Part shown: in pieces, positions 49,201-58,628 of the stretch
Numbering within the stretch: the stretch's first letter is position 1
Layout: each line of letters opens with the position of its first letter
Made by a program: the position numbers and the translations under genes
The notes under the pieces: generated by a model
Database searches by the model: none
Told to the model about the DNA's origin: nothing
Seen by the model: the letters and a program-made list of their open reading frames with translations, nothing else
Assembly: GCA_036172245.1 (NCBI GenBank)
Contig: JAYWIR010000008.1
Coordinates: forward strand, 2,418,001-2,482,000
Source of the DNA: Raillietiella orientalis
Taxonomy: Eukaryota
Reading direction: 5' to 3'
Length of the DNA: 64,000 nucleotides

Positions 49201-52200
49201 GGACCCTCCGGGTCCGCTCAAAGGCCTCAGGTCGGCCATTAAATGCATCTGCGCGTGAGTCCTGGGCAAGAGAGGGAGACTGGAGTCATCGCACCTTTGG
49301 TGGGCCATGGCGCAGGAGAGAAAAGGAGCGCAAAAGGGGAACACCGAACACCACCCGACTTACGCCGCTGGAGAATGGCTCTGCGAGAGCTCCTCCTGCC
49401 CAATCTCTGGAGTTACAGAGTTGCCGACCTTCGACCTTGACGTGCCGACGTGCCGCCGTAGAGGAGACAGCCGTCACCTCACGGAACACGGGATCCTTCC
49501 ACTGGGGACGGCCTAAGGCTGCATGCACCGCCCGGGGGGAGAAGACCGAGAAATGCCCAGAGACCTGGAGTGGTCGTCACACAAACGCGGAGCGGTTAGG
49601 TCCCGGAGAGTGCCTGCGGCCCGAGGCTGCATGGATGCTTTGCCAGCCGACGGAGAAGTATTCGCTAAGCATTGCTTCCATCTAATGTCAGAGTGGAGAA
49701 ACAGAAAAAGGTTCCCGAGTTCGGCGCTTGGCGGGAATTTTTTTTCCACGATGGGAAACATCCTTTTCCTTTCTTTCCCCCTGACTTGGAGACTCCGGGA
49801 GGAAAGGAAGATCGTCACAGAAGCGAAGGAGACTACGTTTCTTTCGGGGTGGCTTAGCTCCACCCTTTGCCAAAAAGAGGGCTCTGATCGCGGAACCCCT
49901 CCACGGGCCACGAGGCATACAGCCTCAGCGACACGCACCGTTCTTTGCCCTTTGTTGCAGAGACGCGGATTCCAGCCACCAGCGTCCTTCAGTGTGACTT
50001 CGAGATTACCCGAGCGACGTTCCAGCGACCCCGAAGGTGCTCTCCCGACCCCTAGAAGACCGTAGGAAGGTGGAGGAGGAACGCCGGACGGGCTGTTCGG
50101 GCTGGTGCGGATCTCTAAACCATGGAATCTCGACGAGAAACGTTCCAGATGGACGCGATGCCACAGGGGCATCGCTCCTGCTGTGGAGGGAAGCGAGAAG
50201 GGGGAGGAAAAGGAGAGATGGGAAGGATCTCCCCCATGGGGAGGAATTAGGGAATAGGGAATGGCGGCGTCTTCGAGGGCACCGTCGCTGATTAGTCCCC
50301 GCCTGCCTTGCACCGATTGGTTAAGGAGAAGGGCGCAGACAAGATCAACCCAGATTCGAGAGCTCCCCCGACCACTCCTCAGGCGTCTGAAAAAGCAGAA
50401 ACCATGGGGACGGCCTCAGATGCACCCAGACGGAGCTTTCACCAGCGAAGTGGGGGAAGGGACATCCCCCCTTTGCTAGGAGCACAGTTTCACTGCTTCT
50501 TGCAGATTTCCAACACGAAGCGCTGCGGCGTCCATCGCCACGTCGACCGTCCTCAAGGAAGGGGAAGGTTCGCTCCTGGAAACGCTAGCGGTGGGAAGAG
50601 CAGGGACGGAAGCTGCGAGGCGAGAGCTTCAAACGGGGCGCTCGGAGGATCTTCCGTTAGAAACTCGCGAGCGCTCCGGCCAGAGGTTGGAGATGCCAGT
50701 CGCCAGGCCGCGCCGCCTTTGCAGCTTCCGACCGAAGATGTATCCGAGGGAAATTCAGTGTGAGGAAAGGGTCGAAGGACTCTTTAGGGGCGCACATCTT
50801 TGGACGAAGGGCAGGAAGCAAGGGCGTGAAGGGACATCCCATTCTCGAAGCACCGATCATCCCCTTCGGCATGTCTCCTTAGTGACGGCGACACGAGAAC
50901 GCGTCTCACGGAGAACGCGATTCTCTCCCCCTTCCTCCTCCTCCTCATGCGTCGCCTGCATTAAGATACCCCTAGCAATGTGTTGCTCTGAGCAATCGCC
51001 ATTAATGAGGATTCCAGTAATTAGATTTTCGGGAGGCTGTATGTAGATGGATTCTCCCAGAAGGCCCGTTTTTCACTGGACCTCCCGGAGCAAACTCGGT
51101 TAATGGCTTTTTCTTTTCTCTTTTTTTTCCTTTTATTCTCTCTTCTACGATCGATTTGCTTAGGTACCAAGTTATAAAGCTTCCTGCGTTGCCAAGGCAC
51201 CAGCACGCGCCATTATCTTAATCTCACTGGCACGATCGGGGCCACTCTTGACCAAGGGGCTTCGGCGACTCCCACTTCGATTCTTTCTCGCCGCGGTGCA
51301 CTTATCGATTCGCTGGGCCAGGTGAGGCGCGAGGGGGAAATGGCGGCGACGGTCGCTTCGCTCACGCGTGCTCCTCCGCTCTCCACGAAGGGAGCTCCGT
51401 CCTCCTGCGAGCAGGAAACGCCGGGAAGACTCCCCCCCTCTCCCCTTCCTTCCAGAGTCTTCTCTCGGGGAGTGATGCATGAAAACCGGCGCACGCCGCT
51501 GCACCTTGTGCAGCAGCTAACGCGTGCGCTTCCGGGAAGGAAGTGGAAGCGGAAACCGGCCGTTGTCGTCGATGTCGCCGCCGCGTATCTCTTGCCGGGG
51601 GAAACGCGTTCCCTCCGGCGGGCAGAGCAACAGATGATTAGCCATATCCGCAGAGGCGGCAGCTGTTCTTGACGTATTCAACGCCGGAGCAAAGAAGCAG
51701 CACACGCGCACTCATCTTCGCTCATCCTCCGATCCGTCCCTGCGGCGGCGCAGCCAGCTCGGATTTTCGCTCTGTCCGACGCACCGAGCATCAGGTGCAC
51801 AGTCCCCACCACACCCCGATTCCACCCCAAAGCAATGGGTTTTCTGTACGGCCTCGAGGACGCTCTCCGGCAAGTCTGTTCCTTGGCTTTGTCCATGAAA
51901 GAGCGTCTTTTTCGCGGTCAGGTGCCACGATATCCACGGGCGAAGCTTGCTTGCTTACCACTCAAGGATAGCGACGTTTGTCCTGTGAGGCGACTGCAAT
52001 CGCAACAGCAGCCACAGGGAAGAATGCTCGCCGGATCCCTGGGAGGAGCAGAGGAAAACCTTCGGGATTTGGAGGATCCTGGAACCCGCAACCAGTAAAA
52101 GAATCTCCTCTCCATCCAGAAGTCCCAAACCTGTTGTTCTCTCCTACTTTCTCCAGGGAGCATGAGCAAGAAGGCGTGTTGTCACGATGGCCGAAGATTG

Positions 52201-52894
52201 CTGTTAGCCCTTCACCGCCTCGACTGCGAGTTTCAGCACCAGCAACCTTCATCTTCTGCTGACATTGCCTTCTGCGCACGCTCCATCAGGGCTGCATACA
52301 ACTGCATACTCTATCAGAGCTCCGTACAAAACCGGACCTTTTCTTATTCAGCATCCATTTTTTTGTTTTCTTCGTCTTCTTCATCCGTGGAACATCCCTC
52401 CTGTGAGGCACTCCTCCTGGAGCATAGGCTCAGAGTCGAAGAACGCTCCTAGAGAACTGCATTGCTACCTTGTTCCTACTGCTTTTTGCAGAATCCCTAC
52501 GTTGAGAGCTGAGGGTCCGCAGCATTCACGTCGACCATCGTCAAAGAAGAAGGTTCTCACCTAGAAGCTCAGCGAAGAAGAGGCAAGATGGAGTCCGCGT
52601 TTAGCCTGTGCTGAGAAGCAGAAAACATCTTTACTTCCTCTGAGGGAAAGGAGGAGGTGGGTGTCTTGTACGCAACCTCGCAGGTAACTCCATCCTCTCT
52701 CTGCCTGAGAGCTCCTCCAAGCGACCTCGATCTGAAAGAAGCAGTGGCGAACTTGCATCCAAAGATCTCTCTGGAAATTTGGGGAAGGGAAGCGGAGAGA
52801 GTGGTCAGATGGTGAAGCAGACAGAGTCTACCTTTGCTTCTGAGGAAGTGAGATTGTTTCCCGTTTCGAAACCTCACCATCAACCTCTTGGCAT

Positions 52895-53192
52895 AGCCAT
52901 TCTCTGAAGGCTGGAGTATGCCAACCTCACATACGTAGATAGTGCTTCCGTCTTACAATATCGGCCGACCTTCCTCTATGAATGTCCAAGAGGAACTTCA
53001 GCTGAAGGACCTCTTCTGGACTTCGAAACATCACTGACCTTGAGTGCAGCCATGGGAGAGGTAGGTATGCTTGATCCCCGGAGAAAGAGCGGGGCAAATC
53101 TATTGGATCAGTGATGCACAAGCGCTTACCTCTGGGAGAGCGGCACACCGAGTGCAGTAGCCTGTCTCTTCAATGCACTCTCAACATTCTTT
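52895..53192 (-). mobile_element. Degenerate zinc-knuckle plus RLE fragment of an R2-superfamily element at the GC/AT boundary
   Basis: EC*ECIEET (knuckle-like; the TGA may be a mutated CGA), followed by RSADIV and, after a frameshift, DGSTIYVCEVGILQPSENG, matching the PD-IV...EV...P.EN pattern. Confidence 0.35.
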
Positions 53193-53409
53193 AAGAGCAG
53201 TCCTTTGGAGGCCAACCCTTCACATCATGGCGCGAGGATCGAGATAACTCGACAAGCACCTTCACATAGGAGCGTTGCCATTTTATATGGTTCAGCTGGC
53301 GGAATCCTGACCGACACAGTCCTAAATACCATCATGTAAAACATATGTATTTTGATACTTTATGCCGCTACGACAAGAAGAACGTAAGAAATGCAATATG
53401 ATTTAACAA

Positions 53410-53657
53410 AATCTGAAGGTCTCCTTTTCTTTGTATCAAAGAGGAGCTGGAATAAGTAAAAGATCCTTAGAATCAGTGGAAACGGAACTTTTCACTTTTC
53501 TTGAACTGCTATTAAGCATTTAAGTTTGCATGCCTCATGATCCACTAAATTCCAATAGGAATAATGCTAGCAACACTAGCACTAACAATAAAACTATTAT
53601 TAATAATAATAATACGCTGAATACATAAGAACTACAATGCCATTTTATTATGAGGAG
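53410..53657. repeat. Diverged direct repeat, copy A (copy B at 58076-58337)
   Basis: Colinear similarity from aatctgaa...tcaaagaggagct to cattttatt.tgaggag. An identical 35-bp core taggaataatgctagcaacactagcactaacaata lies at 53556-53590. Confidence 0.85.
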
Positions 53658-54728
53658 GAATATTATATTAGATAAAATCAGCATGCTACTATTGGTACTA
53701 AAGAAAGATTAATAAAACATTGGATTCGGAAAATGACATCTAAAAAAACAAGTATCTTAGTATATGAACGTGGTTTTTCAAGGTAATTCTGTTTTAGTTT
53801 CGTGTTTGGAGAAAGATAGCACCAGCTGGTCATACTTGTCTGTTCAGAAAAAAGGTCTTAAGGACAATTTGTGGCTCTAAAACAAAAACAGCAAACCTTA
53901 AGTATCATTTATCGATCCTTCATCTCGGAATCGAAGTTTTAAACTTATTCTTGAATCCTTAAAAAGATACTAAATAAAAGATTGATGTAAGTCGGAACTC
54001 AAAGGAATACAAATCCCAGCGTCAGTAAACTTGTTCAACACTTTACAATTTCACAGTTTTCTTAGATCTTTCATAAGCAAGTATATAAGCAAATATAAGC
54101 AAGTATTTTTTTAAGCCACAAAGAAAAGAAAAAAATAGTATTAATTTTGGGATGATTGTTCTTTTCGTGGAGGTTTTCGAAGAGGCATCCTAATATATTT
54201 ATTATTCTAGAGACCAAGATGATATCCAGGAAAAAATGCCTCCGTGCAATGCTACATTAATTTTTGATTTTGCACTTCACTTACTTGAGTGGTTTTCGAT
54301 TAAGTCTGAAACTAGTCTTCCATGCTTCAAAGCAGGTTACTGTTCAAATATCAAAAATGTTTAAAAGGTTGTGATTGCCTTTCGAAGATTTAAACTTTTT
54401 CGATCCATGCACACAAAGAAATTTGGATCTCAGATATTTGAAACTTAACATTGCACCATGGTCTCAACACCTGCATATTACAACTTAGAATGCACATTCA
54501 AATAATTGATTCAAAGAATTCCATATCATAAGCAGCTAAATGTAATTTGCTTTCCTACTTTTTAAAAAGAAATATTTTTTTTTGAAAAAAAAGGCATGAA
54601 ACCATGAAATTTGTGAAACCTTTTAATTCTTATAGTTCAGATCAAAAAACGATTTGGTATTACTACGCAGCAGGTGGGAAACTTTGCGTTGAATTTTTTT
54701 TAAATGTTTTTGCATATCACTACTCGAA

Positions 54729-55285
54729 ATGAATTCGGAATCCGATCACATGGGGTCACCAAATGAAGAGGAAAAAAAGGATGAGAGTCAAATAGGGAAC
54801 GAAGTGGTAAGTGCATCGACTTAATGGTGTTATTAGCATCTCATTATTTTTCTTAGAGTCCTGATATGAATACAATCAATGATTCTTTGCCAAAATCTGA
54901 ATGTAAATCTGGTGGTCATCGCTTACGAAAACGAAAGTTCGCAGATAAAGTCTATACAGAAAAAAATCAGTCGATTAGTGAATGCAAGGGCAAGCAAAGT
55001 AATAAAACGTTTAAACCTCAAAATTTAGAAACGATTTTTGAAGAACCAAAAGTATCCGTAACGGGTGCTCTTGTCGTGCAGAGCGCCAGAAAGTACATCC
55101 GAAAGTTTGCTCTTGATAAGTCGGATAACTGCATACCCATTTTTAAGCCAAAGAATCGTAGAAAGCTGCCAAAAAGACAGTATTTGCATTTGTCACGTAG
55201 ACTTGGCAAACATCCAATTGCAAATGATGAAATTGAGGAAAAACTGAATGAAATATTTAAAAACAAAATTCCATGCAAGGTTTAA
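54729..55285 (+). CDS. Tantalus-like domain protein (PRR14/Tantalus family), exons 54729-54806 and 54857-55285
   Basis: Contains VYTEK...KTFKPQNLETIFEEPK, the Tantalus-like LETIFEEP signature. A 50-nt gtaagt...ttttcttag intron joins in frame; stop at 55285. Further upstream exons cannot be excluded. Confidence 0.78.
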
Positions 55286-55642
55286 ATCTGTGGAACCCAT
55301 AACACATTATGCAACTTTTATAATTTTTAAGAAATATCGAATATTTCCATGCACAATATTAAATAAGTTCCAGGCAAATTGTACACTTTATTACCTGATT
55401 ATAGTTTTTTAAAATTATGATACACCTGTGGAGTCTAGTAACATTGACAAGTGGTGTTTCTCATCTATTGGACTTGGAAATATAAACTGCATAATAACAA
55501 TGAACCTGGAAAATGTATTTGCTGTTTGTGATGTAAATACAATCTACAACAAAGTTTGTTTTTGTAGATTTTTTTTTTTTTGGAAATTCTATCAAGGTCC
55601 TACAAACAAACTAGGAAGCTGAAGATGGAGGATTTATCTCCA

Positions 55643-56212
55643 TTAATCATCTGAACTTATCTCATCTTCATAACCTTCAGGAAGTGCATTTACTTTTGGA
55701 TTGTGGAACAGGGTATGGTTTCCATCACCCCATGGGAATGGCTAATTCAAAGTACACAGTATGTTATAGATTGCTTGTATTTTTACCTTTCTCCTAATAT
55801 ACATGTATTCATATGGAATAAATGGTTGGCGGTGAGATGAACTTTCATGCTTCTTATGGCCCAAATAAGCATTTAGTCCAGAAATTGCAATACAAGGAAA
55901 CACCACAAAATACGTCAAATTTCTCCACAACCTGACTGACCCTTTAGTATTTGGAGGAGTTCATATTAAATACAAGATTAGTGGTCATTATTCAAATTTA
56001 TTTCTTGCATCCACCCTTCAAACCTTCCATAAACTGATGGAAAGTCAGACTGAAGCTTGCAAGCTTTTAAAATTATCAAAAATTAGTTGTTTTTTCTTCA
56101 AAACCTCATAATAAACGCAAAAATCGTTACCTCCTGTATATGGATCTTCTTCTTGCACTTTGCTTGAAAACTTTGCAAGTGAATTAAAAGCTCTTTTTAA
56201 TGCCATCCTCAT
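55643..56212 (-). CDS. COX6A: Cytochrome c oxidase subunit 6A, mitochondrial; exons 56131-56212, 55787-55941, 55643-55741 (111 aa)
   Basis: Spliced product [54 protein letters not shown]...[45 protein letters not shown], with the COX6[15 protein letters not shown] motif. All GT-AG junctions are in phase. Confidence 0.96.
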
Positions 56213-56319
56213 GTTTGACCTAGAATAACAATCTGATTGTTTTGAAAGTTATGCCACATCAGAACAGTTATGGACTCGGAATTTTTCTAAAAAAACGATA
56301 ACATGGAGATTTCCACGCG

Positions 56320-56329
56320 AAAAAAAAAA
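56320..56329 (-). terminator. Oligo-T tract, candidate Pol III terminator
   Basis: T10 on the minus strand, 6 nt after the predicted 3' terminal hairpin. Confidence 0.45.
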
Positions 56330-56948
56330 CAATTAAGGTCAAGCTAACATCAAAGTCAACGAATTCGTTGCGGTACGCTGTTGCTTCTTAACCTCCTTTG
56401 GAGTTGAGGAAGAAATCCCCACGCACATCCCACAGGACTGCTTGCTCCCTGTTTACGAACTAATTCTCCCATTTCAACACTGGATGGTTGGACACCACGC
56501 AGAAAGGGGCAGAAGGCCACAAAGTTCAGCAGCAGCAACCCCCTATTCGAATACACCGAACGCGAGCTCGCACGGTGCACAATGACAAAACAAAATACCA
56601 AAACAGAGGTGCCTTGGCTTCTCGAAAGTGTGAAGAAGCTTCCGCGTCTAAATTTGAAGGTAAACATTTCGTGTCCGCCTCGGCCCGAAACATTTTCGTG
56701 GGGACATCAATTGCTAGAAAGCTTGGCTTTAAGCGCTTACGTTGTCTAATTTCCCATCCCACTCCTTCAGCTTGTGAGGATACCGTGCCCATGTCACAGG
56801 GATCGTTCGTTTCTTTCAGTTTTCACGAAGGCAGGCAGCGGCGAGATCTCTTTCAGCAACAAGATGGCAGAACCCGTGCATCAGTTCAACCTGACGGCTT
56901 CCTGGCAATCAGTCGAGTTCCCAGTTATTGAGCCTGCTCGGCAACTCC
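56325..56948 (-). ncRNA. Candidate structured Pol III-type ncRNA, 7SK-like
   Basis: GC-elevated island without a credible ORF. 5' GGAGTTG (56948-56942) is complementary to CAACTCC (56406-56400). Then an AAAGG linker, a terminal stem AGGTTAAG/CTTGACCT (56394-56387/56343-56336) and T10 (56329-56320). Internal hairpins contain G-U pairs that favour the minus strand. Confidence 0.55.
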
Positions 56949-56979
56949 GTTAGGGAAAGGAGATTTAGGAAACCAGCTT

Positions 56980-57036
56980 CTTAAATAGCAATTGGACACG
57001 TCTGACACTCCCCACCCTATGCACTCGCGAGTGCAT
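56980..57036 (-). promoter_or_regulatory. Putative upstream promoter of the ncRNA island: TATA-like TATTTAAG (56987-56980) and perfect 18-bp palindrome (57019-57036)
   Basis: TATTTAAG on the minus strand about 39 nt upstream of the proposed 5' G. atgcactcgcgagtgcat is its own reverse complement. Confidence 0.4.
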
Positions 57037-58075
57037 GAAATGAAGAACAAATATGCAAGGTTTTCTATTCACAAATTCAGTAATCTATCTTCGATTTGAT
57101 ATATGCTCAGAAAGCAGATGACATTTTTTAATAGTTTACTGATCGAGATCTGGGTTATAATCAGGGATTATGGAGAAAGGTATAGACAAGCAATTTTTGT
57201 GACAGAATGCTTAAAGAAGAATTTGCAATCCATGAGATTGAAGAGCATGGCTCATGGTTTATACATTTGATAAGCTTGTTAATAGCTATACAAAAGCAAT
57301 CGGATGCTATGGTTTTGATCCTTAATCAAATCCTTTGCATCTGATTGTTTTGATCACTGTTCAATAAACTATCGAATCAATATTCATCTACTTCTATAAT
57401 GTAAAGCTCTGAACTTTTTCTGTTTAGTAATTTTTTGTGTTGTTTGGGAAGCTTGTGCCTAAATGTGAACATTGAAGTTGTATTTGCATGCCGCAATGTA
57501 TTTACCAATTCTGCTGTTTTGTGTTTGTATTGGACAGCAGTGCTATGCTTCAATTAGCTGGTTCAAAGTTATTTGCTTGATTATCTTATGCTCTGTTTCT
57601 AATTTGGCAATCGCTTTCCGTTAAAAACAAAGTTACCATGTTATTTTTCTTTTAGTAGAACCCTTGCTTTTAATTTGTTTTTTCGGAGGTCTGCTGAAAC
57701 GAATCGCGTGGCCAAAATTTCCGATAATGCACTATGTAATCTGAAAGGAACAAGCAACCAATATAACTGTTGAAATTGCAATAGTTGAATTCCATATTCG
57801 CGTGAGTTTTTGTGTTTGAACAGTGTATTTATGTGCATCTTAGGAAACGTTGTGTTAATTATCCATTTTCCGGTGATTTTCCCCTTCGCGCACTTTTATT
57901 TGAGCCCCTTACTCCCCCCCAAAAATCTAGCAAATGCTTATTTCAAATCATCTTTTGGCTGTAATAATTAACTTAGAAGTAATGCAAGCGTGATAGCATC
58001 ATTTGAAATGCTTACGATTGCTTTAGTTACTGCGACAAGAATGTAAAAAAAAACAATGTATTGACCTTCTAACAC

Positions 58076-58337
58076 AATCTGAAAGCCCTCTTTTCTTTGC
58101 ATCAAAGAGGAGCTACAATAAATAGTCTTAGTGGACACAAGCTTTCGCTTTTCCTGAACTGATACTTAGTTCCACAACTTGTGCGAGAGAGCAGCTAGCA
58201 TAGTATGTATTCAAGTTTGTGTGCTTCATGATTTACAATTTTTCATTAGGAATAATGCTAGCAACACTAGCACTAACAATAGCCATCAAAAATAATAATG
58301 TGCTGTAAGAACCAGAATAACATTTTATTTTGAGGAG
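58076..58337. repeat. Diverged direct repeat, copy B (copy A at 53410-53657)
   Basis: Same colinear blocks as copy A; identical 35-bp core at 58247-58281. Confidence 0.85.
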
Positions 58338-58628
58338 ACGTATTAGGCAGAATCAATGTGACACTGTAGGTAATAATTAAGAAACATCAAACACATACTA
58401 ATAGATGAATTTCTGATCCTACTCTTTAACATATGATCTTGAGGAAATGAGCATAACAGTACATTAATAGAAACAGCATTTATTTGTCAAGAAACATCAC
58501 AGTTCTATATATTTTGTTGTTTAATTTACAATAAATTTATAGTGCAAGAAACACTTTCAATCAATTAAATCACAAATGGACACTGTGATTTATACACTTA
58601 CAGCCACCAGGTATATCAACATCCTCTG

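Noticed and set aside
1163..52300. Hundreds of long overlapping ORFs (up to 465 aa) rich in R, G, P, S and A
   Set aside because: Expected from high GC and low complexity. They overlap on both strands and show no domains apart from the DDR exons and TE fragments listed.
53901..53966. Second U12-like intron (gtatcattt ... tccttaaaaag)
   Set aside because: Both signals deviate from consensus and no flanking reading frame could be confirmed.
56410..56422. GAAATCCCC as RNase MRP/P CR-I motif
   Set aside because: Imperfect, on the strand disfavoured by the G-U pairs, and no matching CR-V partner was found.
56356..56931. ORFs of 88-147 aa across the ncRNA island
   Set aside because: Overlapping on both strands with no recognisable motifs; base-pairing features explain the region better.
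56949..56957. CCCTAAC as a telomerase RNA template
   Set aside because: It gives only a 1-nt alignment overlap and lies outside the closing helix. No TTAGG or TTAGGG template was found inside the island.
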